Source: Phycisphaerales bacterium
GTDB lineage: Bacteria; Planctomycetota; Phycisphaerae; WQYP01
Direction of reading: 5' to 3'
DNA: 64,000 bases
Assembly (NCBI GenBank): GCA_027451365.1
Contig: DAIDJN010000058.1
Span: forward strand, 64,001-128,000
A program made the position numbers and the translations under genes. Positions 28,784-38,600 of the stretch are shown here, one piece after another. Below the pieces are notes generated by a model. That model saw only the letters and a program-made list of their open reading frames with translations. It was not told where the DNA came from and did not search any database. Position 1 is the stretch's first letter. Every line of letters starts with the position of its first letter.

Positions 28784-30151
28784 ATGCCAAACGTATTCAA
28801 AAGGCGTATCTGGATTGATGCCAATGGCGTCCAGTGTTCCAAAACAACACCGGGGGCCAAGGCTAAGATTTTACCTGACTGGTATTTCCGTGTGATGACT
28901 TCAACGGGCCGCAAACTTGTGCGAGGATATTCTGACAAGGGCGCGACTGTCGCCAAACTCAATGATATGGTCAAACGCGAGGCCCGTGGTGAACAGGGGC
29001 TTGTCAATCCATTTGAATCGCACAATAAAGCACCGCTGTTGGATCACGTCCGGCAGTATGTTGCCGAACTGGCCGCCACGGGCCATGACACGGCCAATAA
29101 CCGCATTGTGGAACTGCGGCTTAATAAAATGGTGTCCGCGTGCGGCTGGAACAGGTTGGTGGATGTTTCCGCGGCAACATTCAGTAAGTTTCGGGACACG
29201 GGCGACATGCTTAAAGCCGCGCCAAAGACCCGCAATGATTATCACCAGACAGCGCGTCAATTCTGCCGCTGGTGTGTTCGCAATGGCCGGATGGCTATTG
29301 ACCCGTTTCAAAGTCTGGCCACCGTCAAAAGCAATGGCGACGTTCGCCGGCAACGCCGGGCAATGACTGATCAGGAAGTCCAGCGACTGCTGACCGTGGC
29401 ACCAGAGCCGCGTAGAACCGTTTACCAAACCGCGCTGCTGACCGGCTTACGCCGTGCCGAACTTGGCCAGTTGCGGCTTGATGATATTCACCTTGACGCA
29501 CCAAAGCCGTTCCTGACAGCCAGAGCCAGCACCACCAAAAACGGCAAGGCTGCGGTTATCTTCCTCCGCGACGATCTTGTTTCAGCCTTGCGACGGTTGC
29601 CGGCACGGACAGATGGGCTGCTGTTCCGCGTTCCAAAAATTGAGACGTTCTATAACGATTTGCGGGCCGCTGGGATTGACCGGACAGACAGCAAGGGCCG
29701 GATACTTGATTTTCACTCCATTCGGCATACGCTTGCGACCAACCTTGGCCGGGCTGGCGTGTCCATCAGAACCGCAATGGAAGTGATGCGGCATTCCGAT
29801 GCCCGCCTGACCACTAAGACCTATACCGATGCCAGCCAGTTGCCCACCATAGACGCGATTGAGTCTTTGCCACGTTGGGAAGTCCATCAGCAGGTGCAGC
29901 AAGCCGTTGCCACCGGCACGGATGGCCAAAAAGTTTGTGATACCATTTGTGATACCATTTACCCCGCACAGTTAGGCGTTTGTACGCATTCAGACGCACG
30001 GTTGACAGTAAATGCCACTGATGACCAAACCACTGTAATACAAGGGGAAAACCTGCAAAACAAGCTGTTTCCTGCCACACCCAACACAATGAGGCCGCTG
30101 GGGATCGAACCCAGGACCCACAGATTAAAAGTCTGTTGCTCTACCAGCTGA
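28784..30151 (+). CDS. int: Tyrosine recombinase/integrase, reading through the att core and ending antisense inside tRNA-Lys
   Basis: Catalytic residues TGLRRAEL (R), TKNGK (K), FHSIRHT (HxxR), MRHSD (H) and KTYTD (Y). Confidence 0.95.
   Translation: MPNVFKRRIWIDANGVQCSKTTPGAKAKILPDWYFRVMTSTGRKLVRGYSDKGATVAKLNDMVKREARGEQGLVNPFESHNKAPLLDHVRQYVAELAATGHDTANNRIVELRLNKMVSACGWNRLVDVSAATFSKFRDTGDMLKAAPKTRNDYHQTARQFCRWCVRNGRMAIDPFQSLATVKSNGDVRRQRRAMTDQEVQRLLTVAPEPRRTVYQTALLTGLRRAELGQLRLDDIHLDAPKPFLTARASTTKNGKAAVIFLRDDLVSALRRLPARTDGLLFRVPKIETFYNDLRAAGIDRTDSKGRILDFHSIRHTLATNLGRAGVSIRTAMEVMRHSDARLTTKTYTDASQLPTIDAIESLPRWEVHQQVQQAVATGTDGQKVCDTICDTIYPAQLGVCTHSDARLTVNATDDQTTVIQGENLQNKLFPATPNTMRPLGIEPRTHRLKVCCSTS
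29936..29959 (+). repeat. Tandem candidate arm-type sites (TGTGATACCATT x2)
   Basis: Exact tandem 12-mer inside the integrase 3' region; a third copy lies at 21490. Confidence 0.7.
30073..30113. repeat. Right att site overlapping the tRNA-Lys 3' half
   Basis: 41-bp identity with 21391-21431. Confidence 0.96.
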
Positions 30152-30162
30152 GCTACGGCCTC
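30090..30162 (-). tRNA. tRNA-Lys (UUU), CCA not encoded
   Basis: GAGGCCG acceptor stem, anticodon arm ACAGA-CTTTTAA-TCTGT, T-loop GGTTCGATCC; 73 nt. Confidence 0.97.
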
Positions 30163-30205
30163 AGAGATTGGGGCACCCGATTGAATTCCCAATCGAGAGC
30201 AACGT

Positions 30206-30233
30206 ATTTTACGCTTTAAGCGGTGATTGGCAA
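30206..30233 (-). promoter_or_regulatory. Candidate tRNA-Lys promoter
   Basis: Minus strand TTGCCA-N16-TAAAAT upstream of the tRNA. Confidence 0.5.
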
Positions 30234-30413
30234 GACGGCGGCAAAAAAGCCAATTTTTCGACTCCATCCGGCGGCTAAAAGCTGCCCGCCGGTCCGGGCC
30301 GGGGATTGCCGGACTTGACGAACGGTTAATCTCCTACTATTCTTATCGGAATAGTTCCAAAGGGTTGGAGATGTGCCCAGCCCCTTGGACTGTCACCCGG
30401 CAGGAGCTACACT

Positions 30414-31373
30414 TTGCAGAATATGCAGGAATCATCCAAAACCGCCATTATCTCCGGTCGTGGCAAGAGTGACGCCCCCCTTACCCATTTGCGCGAACTG
30501 GAAGCCGAGAGTATTCATATCATTCGAGAAGTAGTTGCCGAATTCGCCAATCCGGTCATGCTGTTTTCCAGCGGCAAGGATTCCTCTGTCATGCTTCATC
30601 TGGCGCGGAAGGCTTTTTTCCCCGCCAAGGTTCCCTTTCCATTCCTGCACATTGACACCACCTGGGACTTTCAGGAAGTGTATCGGTTTCGGGATTCCCA
30701 GGTTGCGGAATTTGACCTGAAATTGCTGGTGAACACCAATTGGGACGCTATTAAAGCCGGAATCAATCCCTTTGATTCGGGCAGTGTGAAATACACCTAT
30801 AACATGAATCTGCAGGGGTTGCTGCAGGCTCTGCGGCAGCATCAGTTTGACGCGGCCTTCGGCGGCGCCCGCCGCGAAGAGGAAAAATCCCGCGCCAAGG
30901 AACGCATCTTCTCCTTCCGCGACCGGCATTATCAGTGGGATCCGAAAAATCAACGGCCTGAAATGTGGAATCTGTACAACGCCCGCATTAACAAAGGGGA
31001 TTCCATTCGGGTGTTTCCGCTTTCCAACTGGACAGAGCTGGATATATGGCAATATATTCATTTTGAAAAAATCCCCATTTGTCCGCTCTATTTTGCGGCT
31101 CCGCGGCCCGTCGTACGTCGCGATCCGCAGCTTATTTACGTAAATGACGACCGCTATCCTCTGCACGAAGGCGAAAAGCCGGAAATCAAAATGGTTCGCT
31201 TCCGTACCCTGGGCTGTTATCCACTGACCGGGGCGATTGAATCTCGGGCTGATACCCTGGAAAAAATAATTGAAGAAATGCTGTTGTTCCGCCAGTCGGA
31301 ACGCTCGGGCCGCGCCATCGACCATGACGAACAGGGGTCCATGGAGGCGAAAAAGCGTGAGGGATATTTCTAA
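30414..31373 (+). CDS. cysD: Sulfate adenylyltransferase subunit 2
   Basis: [35 protein letters not shown] and C-terminal KKREGYF. Confidence 0.97.
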   Translation: MQNMQESSKTAIISGRGKSDAPLTHLRELEAESIHIIREVVAEFANPVMLFSSGKDSSVMLHLARKAFFPAKVPFPFLHIDTTWDFQEVYRFRDSQVAEFDLKLLVNTNWDAIKAGINPFDSGSVKYTYNMNLQGLLQALRQHQFDAAFGGARREEEKSRAKERIFSFRDRHYQWDPKNQRPEMWNLYNARINKGDSIRVFPLSNWTELDIWQYIHFEKIPICPLYFAAPRPVVRRDPQLIYVNDDRYPLHEGEKPEIKMVRFRTLGCYPLTGAIESRADTLEKIIEEMLLFRQSERSGRAIDHDEQGSMEAKKREGYF

Positions 31374-31451
31374 GCCGTCCGAAGGCCTCACTTGCGGCGA
31401 CGGCAGCCGCCTGGTCCGACATTCGCATTGAACACAAGGAAAGCCCATACC

Positions 31452-33410
31452 ATGACCGCCATTGAACAGGCTCTGAACAACGAAGATATTCACAGTTATC
31501 TGGAGCGCAACCAGCGTAAGGAAATGCTGCGCTTTTTAACCTGCGGCAGCGTGGATGACGGAAAAAGCACGCTTATCGGGCGACTGTTGCATGACACCAA
31601 AATGATCTATGAAGACCAGCTTGCCGCCATCCGCCGTGACAGCGTGAAACACGGCACCACCGGCGGCACCGTGGACCTGGCCCTGCTTACCGACGGCCTT
31701 AAGGCCGAACGGGAACAGGGCATCACCATTGATGTCGCCTATCGCTATTTTTCTACCGACAAACGCAAATTCATAATCGCCGATACGCCCGGTCATGAGC
31801 AATATACCCGTAATATGGCAACCGGGGCTTCCACCTGTCAGTTGGCAATTATTCTAGTCGATGCTCGGCATGGCGTTCTTGCCCAAACGCGCCGCCACAG
31901 CTTTATTTGCTCGCTTCTGGGCATTTCACATCTGGTGGTGGCCATTAACAAAATGGACCTGATGAATTTTTCCGAATTGCGCTTTAATGAAATTAAGGCC
32001 CAGTATGCCGCCTTTGCCGAACGGCTGGAGATTCGCGATGTACATTTTATTCCCATTTCCGCCTTGAATGGCGACAACGTCGTGGAGCCGAGTTCCCGAA
32101 TGCCCTGGTACCAGGGGCCTGCCTTGCTGGGACATCTGGAAACCGTGCATATTGCGTCTGACCGAAACATGGAAAATTTCCGTTTTCCGGTGCAGATGGT
32201 GCTGCGCCCCAACCTGAATTTCCGTGGCTTTGCCGGTACGGTTGCCTCCGGCGTGGTGCGTCAGGGCGATCAGGTTATGGTGCTTCCTTCCGGCCGGCGC
32301 AGCCGAATAAAATCCATCGTCACACTGGATGGCCAACTGGAATCCGCCCAGTGCCCGATGGCCGTGACGCTTACGCTGGCCGATGAGGTGGATATCAGTC
32401 GCGGAGATATGCTGGTGCATCCACAGGATCCGCCGCATTTTGGCCAGGAATTTACCGCCCGTCTGGTCTGGCTGAATGAAAAGCCAATGGATCCGGCCGG
32501 CAGCTACCTGATCAAGCAGACCACTCGTACCACGCCTGCTGAAATAACCCTGCTCAACGGTATTGATGTCAACACACTCGAAGACCGTCCGTTGGAAACG
32601 CTGCAGTTGAATGAAGTCGGCCTGTGCGCTATTTCCACCACTCAGCCGATGGCATTTGATGCCTATCAGCGCAATCGCGGTACTGGCTCATTTATCGTCA
32701 TCGACCGCATGACCAGCAATACCGTGGCCTGCGGCATGATTCTGGAACGTGAACAATCCCATGGTGCCGCGGATCCATGGGGTGAGAGTTCCCGCATGGA
32801 ATTATCCGGAAATCAACCCGCTTCCCGGATTTCTCCGGCGCGCCGCCGTCAGCGGCTGAATCAGCATCCGGTAACCGTTTTACTGACTGGCTTAACTGGT
32901 TCCGGAAAAGCCACCCTGGCCTATGCCTTGGAAGAACGTTTGTTCAACGATGGGAGAATTGTCACCGTGCTGCACGGTCAGGAACTCCGCCGCGGCTTGA
33001 CCAGCGACCTTGGCTTTGGTGCCGACGACCGCTCGGAAAATCTCCGTCGCGTGGCCGGACTGGCCAGAATTCTTAACGATACCGGCCTGATTTGCATCTG
33101 TGCCCTGCTTTCGCCCCATGCGGCGGTGCGCGAAAAAGTCCGTCGGCTGATTGGACCGGAACGTTTTCTGGAAGTCTGGCTTTCCGCGCCGCTGGAAATA
33201 TGCAAGCAGAGAGACACTTCCGGCATTTATCGTTTGGCCGAGGCTGGCGAAGTAAAAAATCTGCCCGGTGTCAATGCCACTTATGAACCGCCCACAAAGG
33301 CCGATCTTGAAGTTCCCACGCATCTGCTTTCAGTGGAAGAAAGCGTGGAAAAAATTGTGCAACTGCTGCAAACCCGCGGCTATATCGGCGAACTGTACCC
33401 ACAAATTTAA
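31452..33410 (+). CDS. cysNC: Bifunctional sulfate adenylyltransferase subunit 1 / APS kinase
   Basis: [37 protein letters not shown] and NKMD; C-terminal CysC-like domain ([13 protein letters not shown]...RSENLRR, YEPP). Confidence 0.95.
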   Translation: MTAIEQALNNEDIHSYLERNQRKEMLRFLTCGSVDDGKSTLIGRLLHDTKMIYEDQLAAIRRDSVKHGTTGGTVDLALLTDGLKAEREQGITIDVAYRYFSTDKRKFIIADTPGHEQYTRNMATGASTCQLAIILVDARHGVLAQTRRHSFICSLLGISHLVVAINKMDLMNFSELRFNEIKAQYAAFAERLEIRDVHFIPISALNGDNVVEPSSRMPWYQGPALLGHLETVHIASDRNMENFRFPVQMVLRPNLNFRGFAGTVASGVVRQGDQVMVLPSGRRSRIKSIVTLDGQLESAQCPMAVTLTLADEVDISRGDMLVHPQDPPHFGQEFTARLVWLNEKPMDPAGSYLIKQTTRTTPAEITLLNGIDVNTLEDRPLETLQLNEVGLCAISTTQPMAFDAYQRNRGTGSFIVIDRMTSNTVACGMILEREQSHGAADPWGESSRMELSGNQPASRISPARRRQRLNQHPVTVLLTGLTGSGKATLAYALEERLFNDGRIVTVLHGQELRRGLTSDLGFGADDRSENLRRVAGLARILNDTGLICICALLSPHAAVREKVRRLIGPERFLEVWLSAPLEICKQRDTSGIYRLAEAGEVKNLPGVNATYEPPTKADLEVPTHLLSVEESVEKIVQLLQTRGYIGELYPQI

Positions 33411-33593
33411 TTCCGCTTTTTTCATCGCCTGGCCTGCTTAATGCGGATGCTTTATCGATTCAGGTGGGGCGGTCGGGTCTGATGAAAAACTGGCCGCTTT
33501 GTGTGCTTGTCGCTTGCAGTAACATTATGAAGCTGTGGTGCCCGGATATCGCGGCAGTCTCATTTGCGGTTTGATGACCAATAACCCGCCGAA

Positions 33594-33699
33594 TCACGGA
33601 CGACACGGATGAAACGGATGGGGTACTTTACCGGCAGGCGGTTTTTACAACATATCCCCGTATCCGCGCTCTTACCGAGTATTTCGGCTTCATTCGTGG
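33594..33699. repeat. Degenerate REP-like element ((C)ACGGA(T) repeats with partial inverted copies)
   Basis: CACGGA-CGA-CACGGAT-GAA-ACGGAT ... ATCCGC/TTCATTCGTGG between convergent genes. Confidence 0.35.
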
Positions 33700-33853
33700 A
33701 GCTACAGTTTCCCCGGCGTACTGCGAGGCGGGCATACGCCGTTAAATACCATCTGAAGGCTGACAGCTGTCCCGCATGTCGTTCATGAATGAGCCGCGCA
33801 CCAAATGGGGTGAAACTGCCGCTGGTCTGTTCTTCAGGGCGGGGTCCGTCGCC

Positions 33854-34963
33854 TTAGGCTTTGTCAAACAGTGAATGTGGATTCAAATATCCGCAACTGG
33901 CGAAGAATTCCATAGCTTCATCCACGCTGCCAAACAGTCGTGTGGCGGTCTGCGTGACAAATGGGCTTGCACCTGTTTTTGGCCGCCAGACCACATACAC
34001 CTCGCGCGAGTGGTCATAGGCGTGTTGCAGTTCACGTTCCACGCCGCTGGAAAGCGCCGGTCGGCCATCGGACAATTCGGGAATGTAGGACACTATCATG
34101 TCGCTTTGCCGCACCATCATAAAATCGCGGGCATAAATCTGGCCGTTAATATCGCCAGCTATGGAAAGCACATCCTGGTTGCGAATCGTGACCGGTTCGC
34201 CATTGACCTCCAGCGAAAGATTATGCTGATTTTCCTGCATGGCAGACAGTGCCCGGTCGGCCAGGGCCTTTTCATCCACATCGCCTGGGTCAAATGTGAT
34301 AAATGCATCGGACATGCGGGTACGAAAGCGGTTAATTTCCGCAAGTACTTCCGGCATATCCATGACATGGCTCATGGGAAAGCTCGGATAAACCTTGCGT
34401 TGCTGCGGACGCAAAAGGAGCCGGAAAAGCGTTTTGGCTGTGCTGGCGGTCCGCCCGCGGGCCAACACATAAAACTGGCCGGGATGGGCCGGATTGGCCC
34501 GCGCCAGAATTTCCGTGGCCAGAATTTCCTCTTCGCGCCATACCATCAGGTCTTTGAGTGAATGATCGGTATTCCGATCGCGAATCAGCCGCTGATGAAC
34601 CGCCTCCACGTTGTCCAGCAGAGTGACATAAATATCCGCCCTGAATTGAGCCAACTGGTCAAAATCGAATGCGGCAAACAGGCCATGTTTCCAGCGAAAG
34701 GTGGCGTGCGAATTCACAATGACATTGGGGTGGTGCTGAGCTTCAGCCAGAATATCCCGGAACACCGCCCGCCGGAGCGAATTGAGCCGCGAAAGCGGCA
34801 GGTCCAGAATACGGCCGGGCCGGACATCCGGCGCTTCGCGGTACATCATGTCCCCGACATGGAAAATTTTCAGCCTTTCGCCGGCGGTATCCGCAATTGA
34901 CTGCACTTCATCCAGATAGGCCTTCCTGTCCAATCCGACCTGACCTGTTAACAGCATGCGCAT
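33854..34963 (-). CDS. Nucleotide-kinase-like (archaeal adenylate kinase-like) domain fused to nucleoside deoxyribosyltransferase-like domain
   Basis: GAGGAG SD. N-terminus LLTGQVGLDRK...IVNSHATF...WREEE; C-terminus VYPSFPMS...RDFMMVRQSDMIV...SSGVERELQHA...VYVVW. Confidence 0.6.
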   Translation of the reverse strand: MRMLLTGQVGLDRKAYLDEVQSIADTAGERLKIFHVGDMMYREAPDVRPGRILDLPLSRLNSLRRAVFRDILAEAQHHPNVIVNSHATFRWKHGLFAAFDFDQLAQFRADIYVTLLDNVEAVHQRLIRDRNTDHSLKDLMVWREEEILATEILARANPAHPGQFYVLARGRTASTAKTLFRLLLRPQQRKVYPSFPMSHVMDMPEVLAEINRFRTRMSDAFITFDPGDVDEKALADRALSAMQENQHNLSLEVNGEPVTIRNQDVLSIAGDINGQIYARDFMMVRQSDMIVSYIPELSDGRPALSSGVERELQHAYDHSREVYVVWRPKTGASPFVTQTATRLFGSVDEAMEFFASCGYLNPHSLFDKA

Positions 34964-35668
34964 GAATAACTCCTCACGGGCGGTCATTGTAAGTTGCATT
35001 TAGCCGGGAAACAAATAACCGGTTTGCAGGGCGTTATTCAGCGTGCGCGACACGCAATGCCGGTGGTATTGGTTGAATTCGAACGGTAGCTGATGGATGG
35101 GCGACCTGCGGACCGGCAGTCCGAGTATTTTGGCTTTTCAGGAGTTTGCCGCGGCGGGTTTAGGCGAGAACAGTTGCTACTTTCAAATGCACGATCGGCA
35201 ATAGGAAATTATCCGTGTGGCTGGACCAAGGGATGGCCGATTGGATACGGTGTGATCGAATCGGGAGTCAGGCGGCCCAATAAAAGAGTAAAAGGCACCG
35301 AGCCGTTCTGAAGCCGACGCGGCGGTGAGACCATTTTGGCTCTCCGTGCGCTGCGACTAAGCCAAGATGGCCGCAAGGATAATTGCCGCTTCATCAGAAA
35401 CTTAGATCTGCGGCATAATGTGTCACGCACCCGGAGGAAATAATGCCGGAAGAAACCGCTGTCCAGGAACCTGGTAAGTGACTATAAAAGGACGTTAATG
35501 ACTGGCCGGTTTTAACCCGCCCGGTGACAGTATTTACAGGGGGGCCTGCCATTCCTGGGGGAACTGCGGTCTAAGTCAGTTGCCCCGATCTTATGCCAAT
35601 TTGACGCAGTAACAAGGCCGCCCCTTAAGCAAATTGCGCCGCATACACGTGACGCGCCAAGCGGTCGC

Positions 35669-38600
35669 CTATTGTCCGGCCTGGGAAAGCTTTTTAAAGT
35701 ATGCCTTTACCGGATTGCGATAGCCGCTGGGTAACGTGCCGATCATGGAATCCGAAACTTTTCGCTTTAGCTTCTGGCTTTGCGTATTATCCGTTACCAG
35801 GCGGGCCTGGGCACCGGTCAGCAATTTGGCCGTTGCCAGGCTCTGCACCGCCATTTTTTGGTACAGCAATGCCGTTTTATACCGGTAGGCTTTCATGGCC
35901 TTTTGCGCATCCTGCATTAGCACGGCGGACTCTATCAGTTTGAAGTTGTTAAAGCCGGCCGCACGCATCGTCAGCCTAAGTCGATCTGTCTGATTCAAAA
36001 GCTGCGCCTGAAGCCCGGCCATGCGCTTGATGTCTTTCTGCATTCCCAGCGGAGCGGGTCCTTCCAGTCCTTCGCCGCTGTAGCCAGCCATTTTTCCGCC
36101 TCCGGTGGCGCCGCCGGGTGGCCGGCCAGATGTATCCTTCACCTGGCCGGAGTCAAATTGGTCACCGGTCAGGCGAGTGGGTGTGCGGCGTCCACTTTTG
36201 CGTGTATCGGTCGCGCCGACCATTTCACCGCTGGCGCGGCCTTCGCGCCCGGCTCCGCTGCGGCCTTGAATTTCGTCATTCTTGGGCATCTGATTTCCCG
36301 TTACACCCTGGGCGCTCATATCGCTGATGGGGCCATCCATGGCACCCCAGCCGACGCCTTTATTCATGGAATCATTCCATTTGCTTCCCAGACTTTCCAT
36401 GTTGTTGGTCATGTCCTCTTCATGTTCGAGAAGTTTACCGACCATATCGGTTAATTGTGAAGGCAGCGGGGGGGCGGGAACATCATTCTGGGTCACCGGC
36501 TCTTCCATTTCCCATTTCATTGTGTCGGGAGTCTGCATAAGCCACTGTTCAATGTGAGAGGTTAATTTTTTGGCGTTTTCCAGGCCTTCCTGCTCTAAGG
36601 GTGTGGCTATTTTAATAGCCTTGATTTTCAGTGCGTTCTTGGCCATGGCCATATCTATTTTCATTTGAGCAATATCGTCCTTCAGGGAGGCGTTGGCCTG
36701 GTCCTGTTCGGTCAGGTTGCTGGTATTGACCAGGGCCTGATTCAGGAATTTAGACCACTTGTCTTCTGTGGCTTTGGCTTCCTTAAGCATTTTTTTGTCG
36801 TTGGCGTCATATTGTGCAATCGGCTTCTGGGCCAATTTTGTGGTGGTGTTGATGACGGCTTTCTGCTGCTTTTCGAGTTTTTTCATCGCCAGCGCAAGTT
36901 GCTTCCACATTTCGCGCTGCCGATTGGGAATATTGCTGCCCTGGTGCGAAACCACCGCATCCACCGGCTGGGTATGCGTGCCCGCCAGGGCCAGCATGGC
37001 GCGCAGGCCATTGAGTACGTTCAGTTGTCGGCGATGAAGTTTCTTGGCCACAAACCCGACCGCAACCGAGTCGGATATGTGACAAAGGTCATCGGCGCGG
37101 GTAGTGGCCACCAGCGCATCGGTGCGCGCCAGCACGGTAAGCGCACTTTGAATTTTTGCCATCGACGCGGCAAATGGAAAATGTGCCGCCGTGTGGCTCA
37201 TGGTCTTTTCCAGATCGCTCTGTCCGGTATGCACAACCATTGCGATTTGCCGGGCCTGTGGCACGCTCAATATGCCTGTCAGGCCATTGGCCCGCACAAT
37301 CAGCCCTTGCTGCACCGCGATCATCCGCCGAATCCGTCGTTCCAGCCGTTCCCAAAGCCCGCGATTGGGCGACACCGTCGCCATGGTTTGAATGCGTATT
37401 TTATACATGTTTCCCGCGGCTGTTTGCGGCCCAAGCTGGGTCTGCCCGAAGCTGATATTACGATTGTCCGTTGCTGTGAACTGATAGTGCAGTACCTGCC
37501 CGGTCTTATATCTGGCCGCCGGAATCGGCAGCAGCATTTTTATGCTTGTGGACGTGGCGGGCAGTCCATTTTCCGCGTTGGGAATCTGCCATCGGCGAAT
37601 GGTGGTCATGTTGTGCTTGTTAATGCCAAGCCGCAAACGGACCATCGTCAGGCCGTAGTCGTCGGTGGCGCGGACTTCTATCGGAAGCTTTGTTCCCAAG
37701 GTCGCAAACACATTGTGGTGGGGAACAAGCACATGAACCACCGGCGGCTGATCGGCGATAATGCCCAGGCGGAAATGGCCGCCGCCACCATTGCTTTGGG
37801 CCGGAAACCGCTGCAGACTTTTGCCGCTGGCATCGTTAATCAGCCAATCATATTTCATCGGCTTTTGCGGGATCAGCGTAATGGAGAAATTCCGTCCATC
37901 GGTTGATTGTGTGGACAGCACCTTCCCATGGCTGGTTTCCAGCAGAGCTGTAGCACCAATTAACGCATGGTTAAGCGTCGCTGTGAGCTGCACCTTGCTG
38001 CCCAGCGGCACACTTAGTGATCCTGAATCCGCCGATATATTCTGGCCGGTAAGGGTCGTAACGCTATTGGGTTTGGCCGGATGGGTGTAGGCCGGTGGTG
38101 TAACAGTAATCTGATAGGCGGCCAAGGCCACTTTGGGCAGCACCGTAATGTGGAACCATTGGCTTTGGGTTCCCCCGACGGAAATCATGTACCGCAAATT
38201 TTCCGCCGCGCTTGCCAGCAGATATCGGTACGAACTGTTATTTCGGCCAAAAACCACCATGGAAAGTGTGCGTGTCTGTCCGCTTTTCAGATGCAAATGC
38301 AGCGTTGCTGGCAATAATTGGTCCTTTGGCACCGCAACTTTTACACTGAATTCAATGGGTGAACCTGCCAGAACAGTTTCCGTCCCCGGGCCGATATCAA
38401 TAATCCGGGCAATTCCCTGTCGCGGGATAAATTTTCCCGGTGCCGCCAGCACCGCAAGCCCATGCGCCAGCGAACCGGGAAATATGAGGAACAGCAGGGT
38501 TGCCACAAGCATTACCGCACCGACCTTCATCCATGGCCCCCGCTGACGTTTCCAGGGAACCACATCGCCAAGGTTGTGTGTGGAAAGTTCGCTGTTTATT

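Larger units (their letters stand above)
21391..30113. mobile_element. Integrated phage-satellite-like element (~8.7 kb) in tRNA-Lys
   Basis: Bounded by identical 41-bp direct repeats containing the tRNA-Lys 3' end. Carries a tyrosine integrase, excisionase/AlpA-like HTHs, primase-helicase, TerS-like HTH and XRE HTH; no capsid or tail genes recognised. Confidence 0.92.
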
